NCBI GenBank assembly: GCA_963708985.1
Contig: CAVPUQ010000002.1
Coordinates: forward strand, 155,240-219,239
From: an uncultured Actinomycetes bacterium
Lineage (GTDB): Bacteria; Actinomycetota; UBA4738; HRBIN12
Length of the DNA stretch: 64,000 nt
Direction of reading: 5' to 3'
Notes under the pieces: generated by a model
Told to the model about the DNA's origin: nothing
Databases searched by the model: none
Seen by the model: only the letters and a program-made list of their open reading frames with translations
Made by a program: the position numbers and the translations under genes
Shown: positions 46,763-57,575 of the stretch, piece by piece
Numbering within the stretch: the first letter of the stretch is position 1
Layout of the letters: each line of letters opens with the position of its first letter

Positions 46763-48118
46763 GTGGTGCGCGCGCCTGAGGAGGTCCGGCGGATCCGGCC
46801 GGATCGGGTGCCGCCCCACAACCTTGAGGCCGAGGAGTCGGTGCTCGGCTCGATGATGCTCTCGGCCGAGGCGATCGCCGACGTCGTCGAGCTCATCCGG
46901 CCGGAGGACTTCTACCGCTCGGCCAACGGCAAGATCTTCGAGACCCTCCGGTCGCTGTACGCGCGGGGTGACCCGGTCGATGCGATCACCGCGGTCGAGG
47001 AGCTCCGCCGGCGCGGGATGCTCGAGGAGGTCGGCGGGCACCTGTACATCCACGAGCTCGTCGAGCAGGTGCCGACCCCTGCCGCGGCGGGCAACTACGC
47101 GAAGATCGTCTCCGAGCACGCGCTGCTGCGGCGGTTGATCTCGGCGGCGGCCGACATCATGGAGATGGGCTACTCAGCGCCCGAGGACCCCGAGCATGTC
47201 GCCGACGAGGCCGAGCAGCGGATCTACGACGTGGCCCGCCGTGACGAGAAGGACCAGATCGCCACGCTCCGCGAGCTCGTCGACCAGGCGATCTTGGACC
47301 TCGAGCACATCCAGAACCGTGCATCGGCCTTCGCCGGCTTGCCCACCGGGTTCCGGGATGTCGACCAGTTGCTCTCGGGACTGCAGCCCGGGAACCTCAT
47401 CGTGGTCGCGGCTCGTCCCGGCGTCGGCAAGTCCTCGTTCGTCACGAACCTCGCGCGCAACGTGGCGGTCGATCACGCCACCCCGGTCGGGATGTTCTCG
47501 CTCGAGATGTCGCGCTGGGAGATCGGCATGCGCCTGCTCTGCGCCGAGGCCCGCGTGCCGTGGGACGCGATCCGGAACAAGCGGGTCGGCGCCGAGCACT
47601 GGGCCAGCATCGCGCAGGCCGCCGAGGCGCTGCACGACGCACCCCTCACGATCGTGGACTCGGGCAACGTGACGATCGTGGACATCCGCGCGAAGGCCCG
47701 ACGGCTCGCGACCAGGCGCAGTGGTCTCGGCCTGATCATCGTCGACTACCTCCAGCTGATGTCGCACCACCGCCGTGTCGACAACCGGCAGCAGGAGATC
47801 GCCGAGATCAGCCGGAGCCTGAAGCTGCTGGCCAAGGAGCTATCCATCCCGGTCATCGCGGTCTCTCAGCTGAACCGCGACCCGGAGCGCCGGCAGGACA
47901 AGCGGCCGCAGCTGTCGGACCTGCGCGAGTCCGGTGCGATCGAGCAGGACGCCGACGTGGTCATGTTCATCCACCGTGATGACACCGATCGCGAGAAGAA
48001 GGGCACCGCGGAGCTCATCGTCGCCAAGCACCGCAACGGCCCGACCGACAGCGTGCTTCTCACGTTCCTGCCGACCCTCACGCAGTTCCGCAACTACACG
48101 CCCCAGGCGGCCCCCTGA
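46763..48118 (+). CDS. dnaB: Replicative DNA helicase DnaB
   Basis: 451 aa: PHNLEAEESVLGSMMLS..., GLPTGFRDVDQLLSGLQPGNLIVVAARPGVGKSSFV (Walker A), IIVDYLQLM, SQLNRDPERRQDKRPQLSDLRESGAIEQDADVVMFIHRDD. No intein. Confidence 0.9.
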   Translation: MVRAPEEVRRIRPDRVPPHNLEAEESVLGSMMLSAEAIADVVELIRPEDFYRSANGKIFETLRSLYARGDPVDAITAVEELRRRGMLEEVGGHLYIHELVEQVPTPAAAGNYAKIVSEHALLRRLISAAADIMEMGYSAPEDPEHVADEAEQRIYDVARRDEKDQIATLRELVDQAILDLEHIQNRASAFAGLPTGFRDVDQLLSGLQPGNLIVVAARPGVGKSSFVTNLARNVAVDHATPVGMFSLEMSRWEIGMRLLCAEARVPWDAIRNKRVGAEHWASIAQAAEALHDAPLTIVDSGNVTIVDIRAKARRLATRRSGLGLIIVDYLQLMSHHRRVDNRQQEIAEISRSLKLLAKELSIPVIAVSQLNRDPERRQDKRPQLSDLRESGAIEQDADVVMFIHRDDTDREKKGTAELIVAKHRNGPTDSVLLTFLPTLTQFRNYTPQAAP

Positions 48119-48128
48119 GGCTTCGGAC

Positions 48129-49805
48129 CTACGGCGACGAGGCGGGTACGAGCACGTCCCGATCGAGCTCCGATCGCTTGAAGATGCCGATCGCGCCCCG
48201 CAGGCCGACCGTCATCACGATGTTGTAGAGGAACGCGGCGAGCGCAGCCAGGAGCAGCGCTCCCGAGATCCCCGCCAGGATCATGTACGGCAGGTACTCG
48301 CCGTCGGAGTAGATAGTCCGCCTGAGCATGCCCTGCAAGCCGGCCATCCCCATGAACGCTCCCATGCCGATGCCGCCGGTCAGGTGCGCCCAGAAGTGGA
48401 ACGTCGCGAGCCGCTGGCTGTAGAGCTTCGCCCCGTTCGTGAGCATGGGCAGCATCAGGTAGACGGCCGAGTAGAGCGTCATCGTGAGTCCGATCAAGAT
48501 CGCGACGTGCACGTGCGGTCCAACCACCCACTGCGTGTTGTGGAGGATCCGGTTCAGCCCGATGTCGGCCTGCAGGATTCCGGCCGGCACGGCGAGCGCG
48601 AACCCGAGCAGGCCGCCCAGCAGGAACTTCAGGGGATTCGTCATCTTCAGCGGCCGGACGCTCCACAGGGTCGCGAGCGTGATGAAGAACGCGAGGCCCT
48701 GCGTGATGAGCTCGAACGCGGTGACCATCTCGCCGGAGACGATCTTCAGCATCTCGGGCTGCGCCTGGTCCGAGAGCAAGTGGTGGGACCAGACCGTCCA
48801 CGACACCACGAGCTCGACGGCCAGCGCCGCCCGGGCCCAGTTCTGCATGAAGACGGGCTTGCCCGTGATCAGGCTCGCGAGCAGGTACCAGGTGCCCGCG
48901 ACGAACACCAAGACGAGGCCGTCGGCGATCAGGTCCAGGCCCCACCAGAACCAGTTCTTGTACAGGAGGGCGTCCACGGCCGAATCCCGCAGGCTGACGC
49001 CGAACAGCTCGGCCACCATGTAGACGAGGATGAGGACGCCCGTGAACAGGATGACCGTGGTGTTGAGAGCCATGTCCACGCTTCCCCTCGCGATGGCCGC
49101 GACCGGGAGGGGGACGAGGTGGTCCTTCCGGTCCTCGCGCCGGCGGAACAGGTTCGCGAGGCCGGTGAATCCCAGAGCCGATGCCAGCAGCCTCCCGGTG
49201 GGTTGGCGCTCCTGGCCGGGTGGCGTGTACGTGATCGTCTTGAAGACGTTCAGGACGAACATGGCGGTGCCCACCATCACGATCGCGATCCCTGAGATGA
49301 AGATCGCGCCGCCGAGCGGCCGGAACTGCGTGAAGTCGGCCGGCAGCGGCCAGTACAGCGTGTACAGCGGCGCGTAGTGCGTCAGGAAGCCGTCGGACCA
49401 GAAGACGAACGTGCCGATCGTGATGCACCAGAAGGTCCACGTCGCCACTCGGAAGCTCCAGAGCGGCTTCTTCATGAGGTACGGGACGAGGAACGAGAAC
49501 GCGCCGATCACGAGCATGTACGTCGAACCGAAGATCCCGACGAGTGGGTGGGCCGTCAGGATCCCGAAGTACTGGCGGGTGCCGATGAACGAGATGGGCT
49601 CGATCGCGTAGATCCGCATGATCATGCCTTCGATCGCCGCGAAGCCGTAGTAGACGAGACCCACGACCACGAACCGGAGCGTGAGCTTCTGCATCGGCGT
49701 GAGGGTCCGCGGCTTGAAGGCGTCTTCATTCCCCCGGAGGAGGGTCTGGGAGAAGGTCATGGTTCGACGAGTCGCGACGCTCTGGGTGTCGGACATCTCG
49801 GTCAT
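48129..49805 (-). CDS. Heme-copper oxidase subunit I family protein (558 aa)
   Basis: 12 or more TM helices with conserved His pairs: VWSHHLLSDQ (the HH CuB ligands), VGPHVHVAILIG and FHFWAHLTGG (helix X His). Its ATG overlaps the subunit II stop (ATGA). The 1030-aa track ORF is a run-on through upstream DNA. Confidence 0.7.
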   Translation of the reverse strand: MTEMSDTQSVATRRTMTFSQTLLRGNEDAFKPRTLTPMQKLTLRFVVVGLVYYGFAAIEGMIMRIYAIEPISFIGTRQYFGILTAHPLVGIFGSTYMLVIGAFSFLVPYLMKKPLWSFRVATWTFWCITIGTFVFWSDGFLTHYAPLYTLYWPLPADFTQFRPLGGAIFISGIAIVMVGTAMFVLNVFKTITYTPPGQERQPTGRLLASALGFTGLANLFRRREDRKDHLVPLPVAAIARGSVDMALNTTVILFTGVLILVYMVAELFGVSLRDSAVDALLYKNWFWWGLDLIADGLVLVFVAGTWYLLASLITGKPVFMQNWARAALAVELVVSWTVWSHHLLSDQAQPEMLKIVSGEMVTAFELITQGLAFFITLATLWSVRPLKMTNPLKFLLGGLLGFALAVPAGILQADIGLNRILHNTQWVVGPHVHVAILIGLTMTLYSAVYLMLPMLTNGAKLYSQRLATFHFWAHLTGGIGMGAFMGMAGLQGMLRRTIYSDGEYLPYMILAGISGALLLAALAAFLYNIVMTVGLRGAIGIFKRSELDRDVLVPASSP

Positions 49806-50362
49806 GCCTCCCCGGTGCATCCGGACACGCGGACGGCGTCCTCGACGACCATGTCGTAGCCCTCCGGCCCCGAGTACTCGGTCGAGCGGATCGAGTACGT
49901 GCCGTTCTCGCCGAACTCCCACAGAAGGTCGTTCCGGTGGCCTGGGATGACCTGCATCTGGAAGAGCATCGAATCGTTCTGGCGGAACAGACCGAACCCG
50001 TAGGTCAGGTCCGCGGACGAAACGTCGAACAGCACCTTGTCGTTGCAGTCGATCAGAAGCTGCTCCGTCGGCAGCCGGAACTCGTGGTCCGCGACGCCGA
50101 TCTCGAAGACCTTGTCGGCCTGGGTGTCGGCGCGATGCAGGTCGAGCGGCGACCACGGGATCGTGTTGTAGGTGATGATGTGGAGCGATACCCCCGTGAT
50201 CGCGAGGAAGCCTACGAACGCGTAGAAGACCCCCGGGCGCACGCGGGCCGGTCCCTCCTGCGTCACTCGATATGCGAACCAGGCGACGACGAGGATGATC
50301 ACGAGCGCGTACAGGGTGTAGACGATCGTCTGTCCCCACAGGACGGTGTTGGAGTCGACCAT
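49802..50362 (-). CDS. Heme-copper oxidase subunit II-like protein (2 TM helices plus cupredoxin-like domain) lacking the CuA Cys/His motif
   Basis: MVDSNTVLWGQTIVYTLYALVIILVVAWFAYRV...VFYAFVGFLAITGV...HEFRLP...MQVIPGHRND... There is no CxExCGxxH. Confidence 0.6.
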   Translation of the reverse strand: MVDSNTVLWGQTIVYTLYALVIILVVAWFAYRVTQEGPARVRPGVFYAFVGFLAITGVSLHIITYNTIPWSPLDLHRADTQADKVFEIGVADHEFRLPTEQLLIDCNDKVLFDVSSADLTYGFGLFRQNDSMLFQMQVIPGHRNDLLWEFGENGTYSIRSTEYSGPEGYDMVVEDAVRVSGCTGEA

Positions 50363-50567
50363 CGCCAGACCTCACCCCCTTCAGGGTTGGCGATCCTCCC
50401 GGGCTGCCCGCCGCGGCCCGCTCTCCTGATGAGGAGCGTGCACCGTTCGGACTTCGAGCCGACGCTAGGGAAGGGCTTCGCCCGTCGGCAAGGCTGGAGG
50501 GCCCGAGGCTCAGGGTCCGAAGGCCCCCGCGGGGTCGGTCGGCGCACGTCGCGTACCCTGGCGGGCC

Positions 50568-51260
50568 GTGAGCACGGACCGCCGACGATTCCGCACGATC
50601 GCGCAGCGGCTGGAGCGTGCGTTCGGACCGCTCGAGGCTCCTCGCGCGACCGACCCCCTCGACGAGCTGATCTGGACGGTGCTGTCGCAGCACACCAGCG
50701 ACCCGAACGCCGAGCGCGCCTTCCACGCGCTCCGCGCTGCCTTCCCGACCTGGGATCAGGTCGTCGCCGAGGATCCCGCGGCGGTGGCCGACGTGATCCG
50801 ATCGGGAGGGCTCGCGAACACGAAGGCCGTCCGGATCCAGGGGATCCTGCGCGAGATCGCCGAGCGCGAGGGCGGGTACGACCTGTCCGCGCTCCGAGAT
50901 CTCGATGACGCCGAGGCGCGCGGCTATCTCACGTCGCTCGCTGGTGTCGGACCGAAGACGGCCGCCGTCGTGCTGGCGTTCGCGCTCGGCCGCGATGCGA
51001 TCCCCGTCGACACGCATGTACACCGGGTCTCGCGCCGCCTCGGGCTGATCCCGCCGAAGGCTTCGGCGGGCAAGGCCCACGACCTGCTCGCCGAGGCGGT
51101 GCCCGACGAGCTGAAGACCCCGCTGCACGTGGGGTTGATCCGGCTCGGGCGCGAGATCTGCAAGGCCCCGGCGCCGCGGTGCGAGGACTGCCCGCTCGCC
51201 GACCTGTGCCCGACGGCACACACGGTGCTCGGGTTCACCCCTCGGCGGGGGCGACGCTGA
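50568..51260 (+). CDS. nth: Endonuclease III (HhH-GPD base-excision DNA glycosylase with [4Fe-4S])
   Basis: ...[37 protein letters not shown]..., C-terminal [17 protein letters not shown]. Confidence 0.85.
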   Translation: [230 protein letters not shown]

Positions 51261-52069
51261 TGGTGTCTGACGCCGAGCTCGCCGAGGCTGTTCGCGCCGA
51301 CCTCGTGACGATGATGACGCTCCTGCACGGCCCCCCGATCGGCGAGGTGGAGGTTGGGACCGATGCGATCTGGTTCCGGACGGGGGAACCCTCTCCGTAC
51401 TCGAACGGCGTCCTGCACGCCACTCTCCGCAGGAACGACCTGGACGCCGCGATCGAGCGCCGGCTCGAGCCCTTCAAAGCCCGAGACCTGCCCATGATGT
51501 GGTGGCGATTCGTGCCGCCGGAGAGCTCGGGCCTCGGCGTGGACGCGGCGCTTCGTCGGCACGGGCTCGCACTCGATGCTGACCGACCCGGCTTCGGGAT
51601 GGAGCTCGTGGATCTGCGCGTGCCGGACGCGCCGGCCGAGGTCGCGGTTGCGCGGGTACGTGACACCGCGGCGTTCCCCGAATGGGTGCAGGTCGTCAGC
51701 AGCGCGTTCGATGATCCCGCATTCGCAGAGCGCCCATCCGTGGAGGCGTTCCGGTTGCTCGGTTTCGGCGACGACGCGCCGTTCCGCCACTTCGTGTGTC
51801 GCGTCGAGAGACTTGCCGTCGGCTCGGCCACGCTGTCTCTCGGCGCCGGCGCCGGCGTCGCGGGACTCGGGAACATCGCTGTCGTGCCCGCGTGGCGTCG
51901 CCGCGGGATCGGCGCGACCGTAGCCGCGACGGCGTTGCTCGAGGCTCGAGCGCTGGGTCTTCGCGTGGCGGCACTGTCGGCCGATCCGGCCGGGGAGGGG
52001 CTCTACATCAAGCTGGGGTTCCGAGAGGTCTCCCGCCACCGCACCTACATCTGGTCCCCAGAGCCCTGA
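51259..52069 (+). CDS. GNAT family N-acetyltransferase
   Basis: The C-terminal acetyl-CoA motif reads NIAVVPAWRRRGIGATVAATALLEARALG...GEGLYIKLGF. Its ATG overlaps the nth stop (TGATG). Confidence 0.7.
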
Positions 52070-52274
52070 AGGCGGCAGGCGGGCCGCCATCGAGACCGCC
52101 AACCCGGAGGCCGGGCACGACCTGCTGTGCGTGTCGGGCCTTGCTCCACGACCCACGACGGGTAGCGGATTTCCTACCAGCAGGGTATGGTTATTGCTTG
52201 CCCTTGGCAGGGTATGGCGGGGTGGGCGCTTGGTGCGATCTTCGGAAGCCCGCCGCAGTAGAAAGGGAGGGCGT

Positions 52275-53657
52275 ATGAAGTTGCATCCCGTAGTGCGCGG
52301 AGGACCGCGTCGCGCGGTCGCCGCCGCAGGGGGTTCGATCCTGACCGTCGTGCTCGTGGTGGGCCTGATGGTCGTTCCGGCTTCCGCGACGACGTTCTCC
52401 AACACCGGTTCGATCGCGATCCCGGCGACGGGGACCAGCGGGATCGCCAACCCCTACCCGTCGGCGATCTCGGTCTCCGGGCTGAGCGGCACCATCACCG
52501 ACGTGAACGTCACCTTGACCGGCTACTCGCACTCCTTCCCCTCGGACGTCGATGTGCTGCTGGCCGGTCCCGGGAACCAGACCACCGTGCTGATGGCCGA
52601 CACGTGCGGAGGCGCCCCCGGCGTCCTCAACCGTACCCTCGTGTTCGACCAAGCCGCGAGCGGAGTGCTCCCGAACACCGCTGCCGGTTGCCTCTCGGGC
52701 ACCTACAGGCCGACCATCCAACCCGGCGGCGCCTTCAGCGGGATCGGCCCTGCCCCTGCGGGTCCCTACGGCACGACCCTCTCGGTCTTCAACGGGACCT
52801 CGCCGAACGGCACGTGGAACCTGTGGGTGTTCGACGACGCCGGGGCAGATGTCGGTTCGATCAGCGGTGGCTGGAGCCTGGACATCACGACGAACGGGCC
52901 GACCATCACCTCGTTCGCGCCGACCAGCGGAGGTCCCGGCACGTCGGTCGTCATCACCGGCACGAACTTCGCCGCTCCGGCGACCGCCGCCTTCGGTGGG
53001 GTCGCGTCGACCTCGGTCGTCGTGGACTCCCCGACACAGATCACCGCGACCGTCCCGGCCAGCGCGATAACCGGGCCGATCACCGTGACCGTGCCGACCG
53101 GGACCGCGAGCAGCACGACCAGCTTCACGTTCATCGCACCAGCGCCGACGATCACCTCGTTCAGTCCCACCAGCGGGACCCCCGGCACCTCGGTGGCGAT
53201 CATCGGGACCAACCTCAGCGGGCCGACGAACGTCGCGTTCGGCGGCGTGAACGCGACCCTGTTCACGCCGGTCTCCGCGACGCAGGTGAACGCGACGGTC
53301 CCGGACGGTGCCGTCACGGGTCCGATCTCGGTGGTGACGCCAGCGGGCACCGCGACCAGCGCGACCAGCTTCACGGTGATCGCGCCCGAGCACTCGAGGA
53401 CCGTCACGCTCAACGTCAACGCCAAGGGGACGAAGGTGAAGGGCAAGGTGACGGTGGGCGACGGGTTCAGCGCATGTGCGTCGGCGGTCGCCGTCAAGGT
53501 CAAGAGACCAGGACCTGACGCCAACGTGACCACCAGTTCTGGAGGGAAATACTCTACGAGTGCCTCCGGGTCCGGCAAGTACGTGGCGATCGCGAAGCGG
53601 TTCACGCTCCCATCCGGGGATGTGTGTCTGAAGGCCAAGGCGAAGGTGCGCGTCTAG
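52275..53657 (+). CDS. Secreted protein: signal peptide, proprotein-convertase P-domain, three IPT/TIG repeats and a Lys-rich C-terminal domain
   Basis: MKLHPVVRGG...LTVVLVVGLMVVPASA (signal peptide). The P-domain reads GTITDVNVTLTGYSHSFPSDVDVLLAGPGNQTTVLM...GTWNLWVFDDAGADVGSISGGWSL. Three PTITSF(A/S)PTSG.PGTSV.I.GTN repeats follow. Confidence 0.75.
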   Translation: MKLHPVVRGGPRRAVAAAGGSILTVVLVVGLMVVPASATTFSNTGSIAIPATGTSGIANPYPSAISVSGLSGTITDVNVTLTGYSHSFPSDVDVLLAGPGNQTTVLMADTCGGAPGVLNRTLVFDQAASGVLPNTAAGCLSGTYRPTIQPGGAFSGIGPAPAGPYGTTLSVFNGTSPNGTWNLWVFDDAGADVGSISGGWSLDITTNGPTITSFAPTSGGPGTSVVITGTNFAAPATAAFGGVASTSVVVDSPTQITATVPASAITGPITVTVPTGTASSTTSFTFIAPAPTITSFSPTSGTPGTSVAIIGTNLSGPTNVAFGGVNATLFTPVSATQVNATVPDGAVTGPISVVTPAGTATSATSFTVIAPEHSRTVTLNVNAKGTKVKGKVTVGDGFSACASAVAVKVKRPGPDANVTTSSGGKYSTSASGSGKYVAIAKRFTLPSGDVCLKAKAKVRV

Positions 53658-53855
53658 AAGCCGCGTAGAGAAGCTAGAGAGAGCGCGAAGAAGGGGAGCC
53701 GCCGCTCGGCGGCTCCCCTTCTCGTTGCCTGCCAAGGCCCCGTCTGTCGGGAACGGGGTTCCGGGGGAGAGGATCGACCCCTCGACCAATGGATCGACGG
53801 TCCCGGAGGAGACGTCCACGGACGTCTGCACACGTCCGCGCGGGGGACACCTCAG

Positions 53856-53926
53856 AGCGGGCGAGGGGAATCGGACCCCCGTTTCAAGCTTGGGAAGCTT
53901 GCGTTCTACCATTGAACCACGCCCGC
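53856..53926 (-). tRNA. tRNA-Gly (anticodon CCC)
   Basis: Reverse complement: GCGGGCG-TG-GTTCAATGGTAGAAC-G-CAAGC-TTCCCAA-GCTTG-AAAC-GGGGGTCCGATTCCCCT-CGCCCGC-T. All stems pair canonically. The anticodon loop is TT-CCC-AA. Confidence 0.85.
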
Positions 53927-54025
53927 GTGGCCCGGCCGCGGGGACGACCGGACCCACAGTCTAGCGAGCGACGCGTGTTCCGCGCATGCGGTCCGCTCCG
54001 TCCGACCTGTTAGCCTGCCGCTCCC

Positions 54026-55069
54026 ATGGACCAGCACGATCTGTGGCCGCAGGTCCTGTCCCGGCTGGCTTCGCACGGGTCGCTCTCCGCCGACGAAGCG
54101 GCCGAGGTCATGCGGCGGATCATGACCGGGGACGCGACGCCCGGGCAGATCGGCGGGTTCCTCATGGCTCTTCGAACCAAGGGCGAGACCGTGGACGAGG
54201 TCGAGGGGCTCGTGCGGACGATGCTCGAGTTCGCGACGCCCGGTCCGCACCGCCCGAGCCCGTCGTCGACGTCGTCGGCACCGGCGGCGACCGAAGCGGG
54301 ACCTTCAACATCTCGACGGTCTCGGCGATCGTGGTCGCGGGCGCCGGTGTCCCCGTCGCCAAGCACGGGAACCGCGCCGCCAGCTCGCGACTGCGGCTCG
54401 GCCGACGTGCTCGAGGCGCTCGGCGTGCGGATCGACCTCGACGCGGCGGGGGTCGAGCGGTGCCTGACGGAGGTCCGCATCGCGTTCCTGTTCGCTCCCG
54501 CGTTCCATCCGTCGATGGCGCATGCGGGGCCCGTTCGTCGCGAGCTGCGGGTACCGACGGTCTTCAACTTCCTCGGGCCCCTGTGCAATCCGGCGCAGCC
54601 GTTCGCGCAGGCGGTCGGAGTATCCGATGCCCGGATGCTGCCGCTCATGGCCGAGGTGCTCGCGCGGCGCCGGGTTCGCGCGAAGCTGTTCCGGGGGCAG
54701 GACGGTCTGGACGAGCTCACGACGACTGGCATCTCGGCCGTGTACGACGTCCGTGATGGCGAGGTGCGCGAGACGCACGTCGATCCCGCGGACCTTGGAC
54801 TGTCGCGAGCCGAGCGTGGACGACCTACGGGGAGGGGATGCGAGGACGAGGCCGCGAGCATCGCGCGAGCGATCCTCGAGGGCGGGCGGGGTCCGCGACG
54901 CGACGTCGTTCTGCTGAACGCGGGCGCGGCGCTCGAGGTCGCCGGCGTGGCGAGCTCGATCGCCGAGGGCATGACGCTCGCCGCGCGTTCGATCGACGAC
55001 GGGGCGGCCGCCGCCGTGCTCGAGCGTTGGATCGCGGTCTCGCGCGAAGGGGTGGCTCGCGGACGATGA
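54026..55069 (+). pseudogene. trpD: Anthranilate phosphoribosyltransferase with two apparent frameshifts (about 54245 and about 54390)
   Basis: Frame A: [70 protein letters not shown]. Frame B: [42 protein letters not shown]. Frame A again: [24 protein letters not shown]...[33 protein letters not shown]... Confidence 0.7.
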
Positions 55070-55643
55070 TCCTGTCGGACGCCACCATCCTCGAGGAGAT
55101 CGCTGCGGGGCGCATCGTGATCGACCCCTTCGACGAGACGTGCGTCCAGCCGTCCTCCATCGACCTCCACGTCGACTCGCAGTTCCGCGTCTTCGCGAAC
55201 TCTCGTTACCCGTATATCGACGTGCGGCGTGAGATGCCGGATCTCACCGAGCTCGTGGAGGTCGGGCCGGCGAGCCCTTCATCCTGCATCCCGGCGAGTT
55301 CGTGCTCGGCTCGACGCTCGAGCGCGTCGCGATCCCGGACGACATGGTCGCGCGGCTCGAGGGCAAGTCGATCGCTTGGATCGGCTCGGCCTGCTGATCC
55401 ATTCAACCGCGGGCTACGTGGACCCCGGCTGGGACGGCTACCTGACGCTCGAGCTGTCGAACGTCGCGAACCTGCCCATCACGATCTACCCGGGTATGAA
55501 GATCGGGCAGATCTCGTTCTTCCGGCTCTCGAGCCCGGCCGCCCACCCCTACGGGTCGAGGGCGACCCACAGCAAGTACCAGGGACAGCGCGGACCTACG
55601 GCGAGTCGGTTCTTCGAGGAGTTCCTGCGCTCGGAGGGCAGCT
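55066..55643 (+). pseudogene. dcd: dCTP deaminase with two apparent frameshifts (about 55265 and about 55365)
   Basis: [43 protein letters not shown]...VEVGP, then [33 protein letters not shown], then [49 protein letters not shown], in three frames. Its ATG overlaps the trpD stop. Confidence 0.7.
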
Positions 55644-55955
55644 AGTCTCAGGCGGAGGGGTCGTCGGGCCCGGGTGCGGGCTCTGGGTCTCCGAGGGTTG
55701 GAGCGCGCGCAGCCGCTCGAGCAGTTGACCCGCGCTCGTCTCCAGAGCTGGCGGCAGCGCTCGGTCCTTCTCGGCCTCGGCGCTGGCCTCGACGGGAACC
55801 CTGCCTCGAGCGGCGCGGGTCTCCTGGCGCCGCCGCTCCGACATCGCCTTCAGGCTCCGGTACCAGTTGTCCTCGTAGGCGCTCTCGTCGCTCGAGCGGA
55901 CCCATCGGATTCGGACCGCTCGTCGTCCGTCCTGCGGAACATCGTCCTCTCCCCG

Positions 55956-56660
55956 CTAGCGCTTCGAGCCGGGCACGCTCGCGCGCCCCCCGAAGTCCAA
56001 GGTCGGAAGCCCAGGTCCGATCCCCATCGACACTGCGGCCATCGCCGCTTGCGTCCGGTTCGTGACACCCAACTTGCGGAAGATGGCCGCCAGGTGGGCT
56101 TTCACGGTCTTCTCCGACAGGAAGAGCGCTCGCGAGATGTCGCGGTTGCTCTTGCCCTCCGCGAGCAGCGCGAGGATGTCCGTCTCGCGCTGGGTGAGCG
56201 AGCTCGACGGACGGAGCGAGGCTCGCCCGTTCTCGGGTGCGCCGCCGTCGATCGACTCGAATAGGTTCTGGATCACGCGACGGGGACAGCACGTTGCCGC
56301 CGCCCGACATCGCGACCTTGATGGCCTGCTCGAGGTCTTCGGGCGTCGCGTCCTTCAGCATGTACCCTGCGGCGCCTTCAGCGAGGGCACGGCGCACGTA
56401 GTGGGCATGATCGAACGACGTCAGCATGATGACCGGGACGTCGGGCCAGCGCTGCTTCATCTCGTGTAGCAGCTCCAGGCCGTCCGAGTCGGGCATCCGG
56501 ACGTCCACCAGGGCCACGTCGACCTCGGTCGAGTCCATCACGTGCAGCGCCTCGGAGGCATTGCCGGACTTCCAAGACCTCGGCCTGCGTGAAGCACTCC
56601 CGAACCACGTGACCCATCCCGCGGCGCACCAATGCGTGGTCGTCGACGATCAGGATCCTC
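55956..56660 (-). pseudogene. NarL/LuxR family response regulator with two apparent frameshifts
   Basis: GTG at 56660 after AAGGAG: VRILIVDDHALVRRGMGHVV. Shift, then ...VDVALVDVRMPDSDGLELLHEMKQRWPDVPVIMLTSFDHAHYVRRALAEGAAGYMLKD. Shift, then ...LTQRETDILALLAEGKSNRDISRALFLSEKTVKAHLAAIFRKLGV. Confidence 0.65.
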
Positions 56661-57343
56661 ACGGCTGTTCTCCTTGCTTGTGGACGGGCAGCCGGGCGAC
56701 CACCCGCGTTCCCGATACCGGGCGCGGACTCGACGTCGAGCCTGCCGCCCTGTTCCGCCACTCGACGGCGCATCATCTCGAGGCCGAGATGTCCGTTCGA
56801 CACGCAGGTGGAGGCCGGCTCGAAGCCTCGGCCATGATCCTCGACGCACACCTCGAGCGCTTCCTCCGTCGCGGCCACGCGCACCTGCACCGCGTGCGAC
56901 GCTGAGTGCTTCGCAGCGTTCGCCACGCCCTCGCGGATCACGGCCGAGGCCGCCTCCAGCACGCGGTCCGGCACGGAATGCAGGTCGCCCTCGATCTCCC
57001 ACGTAGCGGGCAGCTGCCAGCGCTCCATGACACCGCGAACCAGATCGTCGAGGCGATCGGCCCCGCGTGGTTCCTCCGGCGACATCGTTGCGAGCATGTC
57101 GCGGATCTCGTCGAGCGCCTTGCGGAGCTCTGCCGCGGCACGCTCGAGCACGTCCTTGGTCGCGGCCGGATCGGACTCGACCTGCCGTGCGAGCCACTCG
57201 AGCTCGAGGACGGATGCCGTGACGACCTGGGTGAGCCCATCGTGGACCGCGTACGCGAGACGGGTGCGCTCGAGGGCCACCGGATCCACGGGAGCAACCT
57301 CTCCGAGATCGGGCGGCTCGGTCAGCACGGTCATCGTCTCCAC
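56657..57343 (-). CDS. Cytoplasmic sensor histidine kinase (HisKA_3 + HATPase); terminal frameshift at a GGG run at about 56680
   Basis: ...RLAYAVHDGLTQVVTASVLELEW (H-box), ...REGVANAAKHSASHAVQV...VEDHGRGF...GHLGLEMMRRRVAEQGGRLDVESAPGIG. The corrected tail reads TRVVARLPVHKQGEQP-TGA, which overlaps the RR GTG. Confidence 0.7.
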
Positions 57344-57575
57344 GCCTCGTCCTTCACGTCTCGTCCTTCGACACGCTGGCGTGTCGTCTGTCGCTTGGCC
57401 CGATTCCCGTCCGGTCGGCGTCGGCCGATGGTCGGTCCTGGGCCCGATCGGTCTAGTTCATCCTTTCGGTCGGTTCCCCGGTCGGCTTGAACTCAACGGG
57501 CCACGACATCGGCCGAAGGGCTGGATGCGACCCTCGAGCTTCGGAGACCTTCGTGCCGAGGAGCGGGGCTGGGTG

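Noticed and set aside
48129-51221. 1030-aa minus-strand ORF
   Set aside because: Real only as two genes, oxidase subunit I (48129..49805) and subunit II (49802..50362). The extension 50363..51221 is a run-on antisense to nth.
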